DNA from: Gordius albopunctatus
Lineage: Eukaryota
Direction: 5' to 3'
DNA: 64,000 nucleotides
NCBI GenBank assembly: GCA_964276515.1
Contig: OZ193909.1
Coordinates: 20,336,001-20,400,000 of the forward strand
Numbering within the stretch: the stretch's first letter is position 1; every line of letters begins with the position of its first letter. The position numbers and the translations under genes are program-made. This document shows positions 11,830 to 38,048 of the stretch, piece by piece. The notes under the pieces are model-generated. The model made no database searches, was not told where the DNA came from, and saw only the letters and a list, made by a program, of their open reading frames with translations.

Positions 11830-12345
11830 TGAGTCAGATTACAACTTATCAAAGTTGATATTTGAGTACATAGTCAAATCTTTTTTTCATACCATAAGTA
11901 TTTGGCATATTAATTTATATAATAATTTATATTAGATCATGATAATTCAGTCTTTAAATTTGAAAATAGCCATTTTATTCCATTTATAATTTAACAAATT
12001 ATCAAACTTCATGTTTGAGTATTAAACAAACTTTTTTTAAATCATATGTATATGTAAATTGCAAATTAATTGATATAATAATTTATATTATATCATAAGA
12101 ATTCAGACTTTTAAAATACTCATTTGAGTTAAATTAAAATTTAATAAATTATCAAACTTGATTAGTATTAATCAAATATTTTTTAAATAAATATGTATTT
12201 GTAAATTGCAAATTAATTCATTTAATAATTTATATTAGATGAAAATTATTCAAACTTTGAAAATATCTATTTGACTCTGATTACAATTTAAACAAAATAA
12301 CAATCTTGATATTTGAGTATATAATCAAATCTTTTTATGCCATAT
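11830..12345. repeat. ~150-bp tandem repeat, about 3.5 diverged copies
   Basis: ATCAAA(G/C)TT..TTTGAGTA anchor recurs at ~11848, 12001, 12151 and 12300. Confidence 0.7.
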
Positions 12346-15025
12346 GCATTCTAAAAACTTTACCTAAATTTTATTAATTATTGTTAAATTATGGATATCA
12401 GTTTAAAGTCAAGCATATGTATTTTATTCCATTTAATATCTCTAAAATTTTATATAAAAATGCGCATAATCACTTATAAAGCTAATTAAAAATCATTTTA
12501 TGATAATTTGAGCTTATAATTAAAATTAGCTAAATTTATAAACTTTACCTCAGTTTTGTATTATATATATATATTTTAGGCCTATAGACAATAGTAATAA
12601 TTAAAAGGATAGGCTTATAATGATGTATGGATATGAGCGTAAAAGAACATGTATTTAAATTCCCACTTAAATATCCCTAAGGTTATTATAATTGTACCAA
12701 ATGCAATATTGAGTTTATCATTTAAATTAGTCTTTTATCCCATCTGTTCTTTAATCCTCGTCGCCACTGAAAAGAAACTAATAATGGTTTATTCTAATTT
12801 GTGACACGAATCGAATTACATAATCAATCACAACATCTGATATCAACATCAAAACCTGTGCACTAGGTATATAGAACTAAACGATATTAATAATAATGTG
12901 TCTATCAATATAAACGATATTAATAATAATTATGTTATATCAAATATTATAAAACATAAAAATTAGCTTAGGTTATAAGCTTTACCAAAATTACATAAAA
13001 AGCATAGGTTTATAAAAATAGGTATAATTATCATCAGCTCAAGGTTAAAAACACATATCAAAAGATAAGTAAATGCATAGTGTCCTAAATATGATAAATT
13101 TTAATTATAATAAATATTATTTGTAAATATTAGAGGTTATTAACTGAAAGCATCTGTTTATTGACGTTTGTGTTACCTTATAGAAATTTAATTAAAAATT
13201 TTAAGAAAAATTTTTGATTGCATTTCGCTATTTTTGAGCTTCGTGGAAATGGGTATTACACCGGTAGTTTCAGAATTTAGCCCTTATCAAATTACATACA
13301 CTTTAGTTTATACATATAGATTTAAATGCTTAATTTTTAAAAAAAATATTATAATATAAAAGTGGTGATTATTTAGATATTAGTGTTTTTTGTCGATTTA
13401 ACATTCTTAAAGAGGTAAATAAAAAAATATCGAATAATTGAGTAGATATCAAAAACAGTATTGATAAATTTATATCATGTTTGCTTAATAAATATAGCGC
13501 CATCTATATTATGTATAATATAAATTTATTGACGTTCGTTCAAATTTATAAACTAGTGATGTAGGTAAATTGACTATTATTGACCATAACATTTATATTC
13601 AATTTATTTCTTATATTAATTCTCAATTTTAGATTTGTATTAAGGGGATGATTATGAAAAAAAATTTAAGATTTTTAAAACTATTAAATTAATTAAAAAA
13701 TTTTAAATGTGTAAATCTTGATTAATAAAGTGATTGTTGAATGTATTAAAAATATTTTATATTCATAAAACGATAATTATTATTTAAACTCCCTTTTTAG
13801 CAGAAAGCCCATCACACACCTCTACAATAACTCCAGTTGGCTGAAAGTAATACAAAGCCTCTGACACTATATTTTGAAGGAGTTGTAACACCTGACACAA
13901 GGAAATATTTTAAAGGTATCTTCCGAAAACCATTAATTACCGTTACCATCAAAAAAAGAGCCACAGAGGCATATAAAATCTAGCGCGTAGCCAGGATCTT
14001 CTCAAGGGGAGGGAAAGTTGCTAAAAAATTTTTGCCCATTTTATTTGTAATTAAAAATTAAAATTAGATACCGGCCCACTCGGCCAAGGAGCTGGGCAGG
14101 CAACCGTCGTAAATTACGATTTTTAATTAGGCCTGGGCGGGCACCATAACAATGAGATTTTTAATATAGTTTACTATTTTTCGTCACCTTTTTATTTATA
14201 AAAATTTTGGAATTAAATCATAGTTTTCAAAAATAAGACAAAATTAATGCTTGAAATTTAAATTCGTCCTTTTGGCCTCGGTAGTTCACAATTAGTAAAT
14301 TGGACAATTGAAGGGTTTGGGCTAACCTTGGCGGGCAATTTAGTTATCAAACCGTGATGGGTTCTAGCAGAAAATTTTGACAATTATGATAAAGACATTA
14401 ATAGTGTATAGAATGAGGCACATTATAATAAATAGTCATTTGTTTTTTCATTTGTTCAGCGATTGTCATTTAGAGATTTCACCTGAAGTAGGAGAATTAC
14501 CTATGATTAGTTAACATTGCCATTTGAATCCATCAATGTCTTGACATCCTATATTTTGAATAAGCTTCTAATCTCTTGAGTATGTAAAAACTATGATCAT
14601 TGATGCATGTAAGAAGACAAAAAAATGTGGTTAAATCTTTTTGCCAAAAATTTAAATTAAGGATAAATCTTTTAAGGTACTTATAAGTGACTCTTTTATC
14701 TTACTAAATATTTTTAACTCATTGAATATTATATCAATTTTTTTATTTTTTGTTAAGGAGAGGGGGGGTGGCGCCTGTGTTTAAATAATATATATATAGA
14801 ATATATGTTATTTAAAATATTTATATATACTATATATATATTATACTTCTTTTTAGAATTGCAATATATAGTAAAATTTAACAAACCTATACAAAATTTG
14901 TGTGCTTAAGTATACAAAGGAGAACCTAAGAGTAACAATGATATAGAACTTGCAAGAGATAATTGCAAAACAGAATTATTTATATTCCTTACAGAAAATA
15001 CTCAGAATTAAGTGATAATAAAATA

Positions 15026-16359
15026 CAGTCTAAATCGCTTAAATGAGAATCGCTTGGCCTTAAATCTAAAAAAATTCTCATTTAAGCGATTTTTAGCACT
15101 AAATGCGATTAATTTAATTGTTTATTTAAGTTATGAAATCTTTTCAACTCATGCCATTTATATCAAGGTAGAGATTCCAAAAATTACTTTTTTTAACATA
15201 TAATACATATATATATAAGTTATTTGAATAAATTTTAAATTTTGAGTTAACTTAATTTTATGTACTTTATGGTGTTAAACAGAATCAGCTGACACTTGTA
15301 TCCGTTGCATACATACATTAAAAATTTTTAATTAAAATAAGTATTGTAAAAGTTTATTACTGTAACAAGCCTTCTAATACTTTTAAAAAGTTTAATAAAA
15401 AAAATTTATACAAGAAACTCGACATAAATCATTAAGTTGAATTTATTAAAATCATATAAAAAATACTGTGTGATATTGATCTTTTAATTATTTGGCTAAA
15501 GTAAAAAATCCCATCTGTGCATTTTCTTTGAGGGTATTTCTTCAACTAATTCAACCTTATTATACTCATCAAAAGCAGGATTATCTTGACTTTCCAAATG
15601 TTTTAAAAAATTAAAATGTAAAATTACCTATTTCATCTATAATATCCCCATCAGTAAGATCATCAAAACAGCTAATACAATCATCATCATAGATAGGTGA
15701 ATCACTGGTTGTAGGAAATGAGGTGCTAACTAAAGAATTTGATCTGCTAGAATCTTCTGTAAACACATTCACACAACCTGCAGCATAAATCCTGCTGATT
15801 TTGCAGATTAAGATCAACATTAAAACTTGCTCTTTTGAAACAATTTTAGTCCATTATTTTCATAATTTTTTTAATATAAACTTGATAAAAAATAACTTTA
15901 TTGTATATCAAAAATTGAATTATAATTTATCATTTGATGCCAAAAGTCATTGATATGTAAACAAATTTATCTTTATTAAAATGTGTTGAAAAATATTTTA
16001 CCTTGGTAAGAAGCAAAGCATTAATTGCACATCTTTTTGAACTTTCTTCATACCATTTTAGTAAAGCTTGTTCAGTTTTAGGTATTGTGCTAAATCAAAG
16101 ATTGCTTTTCCTTTGTCTTTTTTTATTTAGAGATATGTTATTAGAAGCATAAGTTAAATTTTTTCATTCTAACTTAAACACCTAAATTTAATGTTAAAAA
16201 TTAATTAAACCCTTTTATAATCTCACCACTAATCCGATTTTAAGCATTTAACGAATTCTCACTTATAAATAGATTAAGCGTAAATTTTAGGCAATATGTT
16301 CAAAAAATCGCGATTATTTATAATTTATCCGATTCTCACTTTTGCTTAAATTTAGATTA
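15026..16359 (-). mobile_element. pogo/Tigger-like element, internally deleted
   Basis: TA|CAGTCTAAATCGCTTAAATGAGAATCG terminus with a degenerate inverted match at ~16330-16359; CENP-B-HTH-like PKTEQALLKWYEE (~16005-16085); acidic Tigger-like tail (DDLTDGDIIDEI, EIPSKENA). Confidence 0.6.
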
Positions 16360-16429
16360 TTTGTTGCTTAATCTGAGTAAATTTCACCACATGTGTATTT
16401 ATACATATTTAAATGTATATTAAATACTT

Positions 16430-18462
16430 TTTTGTCTTTTTTTTGAGGCTGACTATCACTACTACTTGCCACATAATTTTCAATCTCAGTTGCAGAATCT
16501 ACCAAAAAATCCTTAGACGCTAGTGTGGATCTTATTTAATTAATTACGCCTACTCGCTCATTTGGGGGGAGCATCCTGAGTTGGCGATAATTTGGGCATA
16601 AAAATGTGGCAATTTTATGTTGTTGAGTGATTAGAAATTTTGACTTGAGGGTAGTACAAATATCTTTTTTAAGATCATTAATTTCGAGATGTTCTTAAAA
16701 ATCATTAGTTTGCTCGTGGTCTGATTGTGAAAGATCACTGAGGAATTGGTAATATTGAATCAATATATTGTGAAAGGTTGGGTGTTGATCAGCTTCCAGA
16801 ACTAAAGAAGCCGTTTTAAACGGCCGGAGTACTTCTATTAGTTTGGTCAGCAAATTTTTATCAATCACATCTATCTTCTCTGGCATATCAATAGATGTTA
16901 GATATGTGGTTAGTTCCTTATACTCCTTCAATATGCTCTCAAACATGTCGAGTCTGGAGTTCCATCTTGTTTCTATTGCTTGATGCAATGTATGATTTAA
17001 ATATTTATTTTTGCCACTTTGTTTCATATATGTCGTTAGCTTTTTGCATGCTTGTATCAAGTCATTAATTTGAGGGTAATGGAATGTGAAATCATTTTTA
17101 TTGAATACGTTTCGTAGTACTGTATTCAGCAGTAAATGGGGCGTGCAATTCATTCGCTTATCATTTTGCAAGGCATTGACCATGTTAGAACCCTGATCGG
17201 TAACGTAAGTTATCAATCTCATGTATTCCGTAGGGATGTGAAGTTTTTCAAAATTTACAGATATTTCTCTTAAAATATTTTCCCCTAGGTAAAAGAATAT
17301 GCTTATGTAGGATTCCGAGGGATATATAATGTAAAGAAAATGTTAAGTAGTTTATTTTGACAAACTCATCTGTCCAGAGGTCGAGAGTGGCTGAACATGA
17401 TTTTGTTTTTAAATGGGGGAGTAACTTTAATATTAATGCTTCTCTACTTACTACATCTGCAAGTTTTGCTGTATTCTTACTTAAGGTAGTCCTATCTGAA
17501 AGTAATTCATCAACGTTTATATGACCATAAATGGCACCAATATTCAGAGCTTCTTAGAGCATTGCTCTAAATCCTTCCCCGTTAACGATCGAATATCTTT
17601 TGAAATATAATAAATTAGATGCTTTTCAATTTTTTTTTAATTTTGCGATTTTAGCGATAGGTTTGGTAAAAAATTTGTCAATTGTATTTTTAGCTGAAGT
17701 TTTTGGAATACATTTATGATGCAAAAGATGGGAACTACCTCGAATGGAATTAAATGTGTAGATATGATGGCATTTTTTGCAGATAACATAACCGGTGTAT
17801 GTATCATTTTCATTTAGAAGGTCAAAGTAACTCCAAATTTGACTTTTTCCGTCTTCTTTTTTTAACTTGTTGAAGCATATTTCTTTTAAATTTTTTTATT
17901 ATTTCTCCCATGACGGTTTTTAATATGATAAACATTGTATTTGCTAGCTGTTACGAATCCCAATGATTATTTCCAACATCCTCCCCCATTCTTTTTTCCC
18001 CTCAAGTCAGCATGACTTACACCATCTCGTCAACGACAATACCCCTGCACAATGGAGATTGCTACCCGGAATCAAGAGGGAAAGGAGCTACGCGTGTGCT
18101 TTAACGAAAGGGGAGATTGTGATTGATGATTTTCGGAGTTGAGTTGAGATAGAAAGAGATGCGTGTGCTAAAAAGGAAAGGGGAGATGCTGATTTATCAT
18201 TGACACTGGCTCCTTTCTCGCCAAACAAGAAAGACTGGCTAGGGAAAAATGCTAAGGAAATACTGATAAATATGTTAGGGTAAGTAAGGTGGTATTGGGC
18301 ATCAAAAATGGTAAAGTAAAAAAAGAATGCAAAGATAATTATGAAAAGGTATACTAAAAATTATTAATTTAATTAATTACAACTTTTTATTGTTTATTTT
18401 AAATTTGAAAATCCGATCCGACTAAAATAAAATGTTGATCCGATGATCCGTGCACACCTCTA
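16430..18462 (-). mobile_element. hAT transposon (TAGAGGTGTGCA family), 3'-truncated, with decayed transposase
   Basis: TIR TAGAGGTGTGCACGGATC at 18462; BED finger near 17700-17850; VTDQGSNM..CTPH..TRWNS (16695-17222). The 5' part matches the element at 35341-36428. Confidence 0.82.
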
Positions 18463-20020
18463 ATTTACATATACGAGACTTTTTTATTTGATCGTTTACT
18501 GCCATCTAGTCGATAATCTACTCTAATTATATGCCTTTATAAATATATATCTTTCCTCTTTAAAATATTTAATGGTAAGATAACTTAGAGACACAATACA
18601 AAATCACTAGGAATTATGACCAATTAAATAAATTTATGCCAGCAAGGTATCGCCGAAAAAAATTCGCCTCAATCTCGAATCCGTTTTTCAAAATGTCGTC
18701 CCGTCTAGATTTTTAGAGATAAGACCCAGATTCTTTACGGTTTTTCAGGAATCGCAAGATATTGAGGTAATTAAGCATTTTTATATATAGATTTAATTTT
18801 TTAAATCTCACTTGCCAATTACTCATGTTTCAAAGGTTTAAATATCAAGCTTGAGGGAATGTTGTTGTGTTCACCAAGCAAGTGCTCATAATACTTTGCC
18901 GTGCTCCTTCTCTTTTAATTTATTGTTTAAGCGGTAATATGGTTTAGGCATCAGTCATAATATACGCGCGATTATTACCAATTATTTTACCTCGTGGGCA
19001 TTTTGCCTGCTATGGCGTTGAAATAATATTTAATAAATATGCAATTATCATATCTAAGACGATAATAAAAAAAATTTAAATAAATAGTCAATCCATAAAA
19101 ATTAAACATCTAGTAAATTTACATCTTTATAATAATATGGAAGCTATTATCAAATAAACAAAGTGTTGGGGCAGCATAAAAATGCTTACAAGCATAGGCG
19201 TTGCCAGCATTGGGATTAGAATGGGGCAATAATGATTAGGGGGGGGGGGGCTAAATCGAGATTTTTCAAAATTTCTGCCATAATTTTAATAAATTTTAAC
19301 TAATTTTTGTATTTAGAAGGGGACAGCTGCCCTTCCCTGCCCCCCCTCCCTCTGGCTATGCCTCTGTATTTGATAGAATACAAGTACAAAAATCTATGCT
19401 TGCACACTATAGGACACCACACAAACAATTTATTACTACACGCTGGCTCTTCCTGCAGTTTGGGATGCGTCATTATGTGATAAAAAGCATTGAAAACATA
19501 CACGAAAAATTACAAGTATATATATATATATATATATCTTTTCCTATATATAAAATTATATAATAAAAACAGCGGTAATAATATAGAAGGATTTAATTTT
19601 AAATTGCGATGAAAAGAGGGTAAATGAGGATAGAAGATTTAGGCACAATATCATATTATTTACAAATCGTTGAATAGCTAGGGATAAAAAGCACTAATTC
19701 GTATAAACGTCATTAAAAGATGCCTAAGAAATGGGATATGAAACGATGTGCAAAAAATATCGCGTAAAACGACAAAAATCAGCTCTACCCACCTAGACAG
19801 ACTTGAACAAAAAATCTAATATTTAAGATATAGCAGGGGGTATCAGGATAGATATGTATTGCAAGCTTATTTTTATTATTACAGTTGGATTATTAGCGAG
19901 TTAGGCCACTGCGCTTAGCGTACACGTATATATCTTTCCAAATATAATAAATGTATATAAAAAGAGGGATCGAAAAAGAAAAGCCGACCGCAACTGATTT
20001 CCTCTTTTTGACGCGCCACT

Positions 20021-33083
<13,063 letters not shown>

Positions 33084-35340
33084 TTCTGCAAGTTTAATGT
33101 GCAGTTTGGGAATTCGCTAATTAGATTACAATAAAAATTATGAATAATAAATAATATGTTACGAGAATAATAAAATGCCACTTACTGGCACTAAATAAAT
33201 TATTTAATATTAGACATACATAGCTTAAGACATGTTTCAGGAAATATAAAATAATAAAAAAATATTATAACATCATAATCTTAACAAGCAGTCATTAAAT
33301 TTACCCATATAGTTCTTTAGTTACTTTAAAAATTGGAGGAAATAATGAGTCACACAAGCCTCATTTATCTTATTGTTTTTTTTTATTAAATTCTGAGGCA
33401 CCCATAACAACTATGAGATTAAGTTTTTACGAAAAAGATAAACATATACGATTTAATTCTATCGGTGGACGAACAAAGACCTGAATTGATTTCATATAAT
33501 TTTTTGTTTAAAAAAAAATTTGTTAAATCTATTAAGGCTGGGCCTATTCGACAAATATCTCTGCATATTTTGGATGGGAATCGACTGTTTTTGCCGGCCT
33601 TGCGTTCAATTGTGGGAACAAAAGCCAGAGTAAGGCAAAAATGTATATTTAAATTGGGCCAGAGAATGCAAAAATAACCTCTAGCCGCACTCTTTTTCCA
33701 AAGTTAAAAATGGCTTCAAAGAAAAGATAGCTACCAGGTGAACAGGCTAAATGTGCGAATCAAACCAATGTTTAATTAGTGATGCGAAAAAACTGAGAAA
33801 AATCTCGGTCTAGTATCGGTCTGCCTCAAAAAACCGAAACTAAAGGACAAAGCGGGACTAAATTGTATATTAGAGATCTCGGTTTAAGTTTTTTTTCGCC
33901 ATCGTAATCATATATTTTATACATTTAGTTTATATATCTATTTTGTATAATACACATTTAAAATATTAAATGTAACATTGAATATTTTACACATCAGTCT
34001 AATTAATAATAAATCTATATCCGCTTATTGAAATGTTAGTAATTTAAGCTTGTTCGATAAAACATAAGTGGCCCTTAGGGCTTGTGAATAATTATTTGGT
34101 ATATTTATCACATATTTCTATCTTTAGCATTAATATTATATGAACATACAATTTGAGTTCTGAAAAATAGTAAATATTAATAAAACATTCATTTCGCAGC
34201 ACTTACATTAACCTGTCTGATGTGATCATATTTTAAATCGCTAATTAAGCATCTAAATTTGGCTTTTTTAAACATGCCAGCGATATGTTTGCCTGCCGAA
34301 CGATGGATTTATAAATCATCTTTCACAATTTGAAAACAATTATAGATTCAATCATGAGTCTAGTGTTTTGATCTCATATTGTCTCGGTCTCGAAAGCAAA
34401 ATCTCTTTTCGTCTCAACGAGAATTCTCGACTTGTCTCAACTTTCTAAAAATAATTTATACTAAATGAAAATTTTTCATGTTTTATGAAGAACATTAAAT
34501 AAGTGTTTATAAAATTCAAGTGGCAAACCTTTATATTTTTTGAAAAATCTTAATATACAAATTTTTTAAAGATTTGGCGCTTGACAATATAAAGATATGA
34601 ACTCATGCATAAATATAACATTTTCTATATGTTGTAATTTATTCCCACGCTTCTGCCTCCCCCCTCCGCTTTTCCCTCTGTAAAATGCCCCTTACTCGCT
34701 CAGATGGTGATAGCAAGCAAATATCCATAGTTTTTCGCATATAAATAATATAATGATTTTCTTCATATTGTGGCCCCCTCTCCATTAATCGCGTTTTAAA
34801 TATTAATTAATTACCATCTTTTGAAACTTTTCAACCTGAACCCAACCCGAAAAAATTTTAAAATTTTCAACCAAAACCTGAAAGTATTTTAAGAAACATT
34901 TTCCCTCTTCTTATTAAAGCTCATCTTAATCTTTAAATAAAATTGCGTATAGATGGCGCTAATTAGAGTGTACTTTTACGTTAATTGTGGCATTTTTAAA
35001 AGGCATTATTATTATCTTCTTAAAAAACTAGAGTTATGTTTATTAAAATCTTATTATCGACATTATAACAAATTTTTATATTACATTCTATATACTTTTT
35101 GTTAAAGGCTATTTGGCTTTATTAGGAATGAATGGGATATAGCCACGTTACCAGTATACGCACGCGAGAAGAGAACAAACGCGATCGAACATGCGATAAT
35201 AAGAAAAACGCGAGAGGAAATATTATATCTCACATGTTGTAAATTTTTACACCACAGGCAACATAGAACTTAAGATTACACATCGTCAGTTATCCTCTAC
35301 ACTTCCCCCCTTTTCACAAAGATAATTGTTGTAGTTGGAT

Positions 35341-36428
35341 TAGAGGTGTGCACGGATCAATCCGATCCGTCCGAACTTGGATTGGATCGGATCAACATTT
35401 TATTTTAGTCGGATCGGATTTTCAAATTTAAAATAAAAATAATAAGTTGTAATTAATTAAATTAATAATTTCTAGTATACCTTTTCATAATTATCTTTGC
35501 ATTGTTTTTTTACTTTACCATTTTTGATGCCCAATACCACCTTACTTACCCTAACATATTTATCAGTATTTCCTTAGAGTTTTTCCCTAGCCAGTCTTTC
35601 TTGTTTGCCGAGTAAGGAACTAGTGTCAATGATAAATCAGCATCTCCCGTTTCTTTTTTAGCACACGCATCTCTTTCTATCTCAACTCAACTCCGAAAAT
35701 CATCAATCACAATCTCCCCTTTCCTTAAAGCACACGCGTAGATCCTTTCTATTGTTTACCATATTAAAAGCCGTCACGGAAGTAATAATAAAAAAAAATT
35801 AAAAGAAATATGCTTTAACAAGTTAAAAAAGAAGACGGAAAAAGTCAAATTTGGAGTTACTTTGACCTTCTAAATAAATGAAAATGATACATACACCGGT
35901 TATGTTATCTGCAAGAAATGCCATTATATCTACACATATAATTCCATTCGAGGTAGTTCCCATATTTTGCATCATAAATGTATTCCAAAAACTTCAGCTA
36001 AAAATACAATTGACAAATTTGTTACCAAACCTCTCGCTGAAATCACAAAATTAAAAAATTTTTTTGAAAAGCATCTAATTTATTTTATTTTAAAAGATAT
36101 TCGACCGTTTTCAATCGTTAATGAGATTCTTTATTATTTTTATATGATAATATGGAATTAGTCAAATAAAATTTTATATTTATTTCAGATCTATTAAAAT
36201 TTCCATACCTTATTTTTATGTATTTTGAATTTAATCATCAATAAAAAGTTCTGTTCGTAAAATTTTAATTTAAAAGTTTAGGATCGGATCGGATTTAGAT
36301 TTTAAAAAACTCGGATCGGATCGGATTTAGATTTTAAAATACTCGGATCGGATCGGATGGATATAAAATTTTCCAAAAACCCCTCGGATCGGATTGGATC
36401 AAAAAAATTTGATCCATGCACACCTCTA
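35341..36428 (+). mobile_element. Internally deleted hAT element (TAGAGGTGTGCA family)
   Basis: TIRs TAGAGGTGTGCA(C/T)GGATC; exact TSD AGTTGGAT; GGATC subterminal repeats; retains only the BED-finger region. Confidence 0.93.
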
Positions 36429-36454
36429 AGTTGGATAACGTCTTTCCCCACGCG

Positions 36455-38048
36455 TAGTGATGGTGATTTGCTCCAATGAGCATTGCTCACTGTGAGCTCT
36501 GCCCCCTCACACGCACTGTGTATCCTACTCTACTCATGAGGCTGTTGATGTAATAGATGACAATGCTCGAGAGGCGAAGGGGTAGTAGCAAAAAGTAACT
36601 CATGTATAGAGCTGTCTGCATGAGCAGCATTATAAATTAAATAAAATATTTCATATGAGCAAATGCTATGAGCAAGCAGTTTATCTAAACTGCTCATAAC
36701 ATAATGTTCTCATTAAAGCGTCCTTAGTCTTAACGCAGTACATTCTGTTGTTCAACAATTATTGTGGCTATTTGAATAGGCGTAAGTCGAATTTCCCAAT
36801 CAAATTTTTTTGTTAATGATCCTATAATTTATTTTTTATACATGCCAAAAATTAAAAAAAAATTATTTAATTATAAATTTTTAAATTTTCTGTCTCACCC
36901 AGGTGGTAATAATCTGTTTGACAATTTTAATATGGTTTAACTTTATATTTTATCGTTTTTAAGAACAGGTGTCAATGTTAAAATTTTATTAAAGGTACGA
37001 ACTAATTTTTTTTTCGAATATAATTATATATATCTAAAATGATTTAAATTTATTTTTTATAAATGGCGAAATTATATTTTATTGTATAAATATTTTTTTG
37101 AAATTCTAAATATGACTTAATGTTTCTAAATTTATATTTAATAGTATTTTTAGTCCAGGTCACAATGCAAAGTTTTATAAAAAGTGGGAAATTTCGCTTT
37201 ATAGAATATTCTTTATATATGGATAAAATAGCTTAATGATATTACAATTTATTTTTTATACATGAAAATTTTTGCCATTATAAATTTTTTAATTTTCTGT
37301 CTCACCCAAATGCTAATAAATTTTTTGACATTTTTAATATGGTCTTTTAAGCCAGGTTAGAATGTAATATTTTTTTGGCAAAAGATTTTCAAATTTATTG
37401 TTTAAAACATGGGAAAAATATTCTTATTTTATTTACATATATTTGATTTAGATGTCTTATATCTGTTTCTAGTTCAAATTAAAGTATTGACACCAAATCA
37501 GCATTATTATTTTATTAAATTTCACCAAAAATACACATAAATTACAACTAATATTATTTTAAATTAACATTTCCCCAAGACTTTACACACATAATTTGGG
37601 TAATCGTATTTGAGGACAAACGATTTCTTCTAGCTGTAAAAATATTTCCTGCCAAGGAAAACATTCGTTCACTCGGAACTGAAGTGGTGGACTGCCCTAA
37701 ATAGTCTCTAGCCATTTTTCTGAGTGCCGGAAAGCGTGTCTCATTCATTTTCCACCATTCCAATACATTTGCTGAGCAGATTAATTGCGATATATCACAT
37801 AATTAATTAACACATTCATTGAGCAAAATGGATGAGCAGATTGCTAATCAGAAATTGCTCGCACAAAACTACTTTTATTTAAAGTTGTTCGTCCCGCCTC
37901 ATTCATTCTCCTTCAGTTTGTATTTGCTGTTACAACTTAACCTCTTAGCATTTTACCCCTCTAGATGACAGAGCTTATGCGTCCAAGCACATATGGTAGC
38001 TATTATGCTCCGTCCAAGTTGGAGCATAATAGCAACTTTACATCTCTA
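36455..38048 (-). mobile_element. Non-autonomous hAT element retaining the C-terminal dimerisation domain
   Basis: Ends TAGTGATG / CATCTCTA; exact TSD CCCACGCG; ORF 37554-37763 WWKMNETRFPALRKMARDYL..TSVPSERMFS. Confidence 0.88.

Noticed and set aside
11830..12345. Regularly spaced repeats as a CRISPR-like array
   Set aside because: The whole unit repeats, there are no unique spacers or cas genes, and the context is eukaryotic.
33186..33236. Upstream ATG-containing segment as the USP7 start
   Set aside because: All its ATGs meet stops within a few codons; at most a 5' UTR exon.
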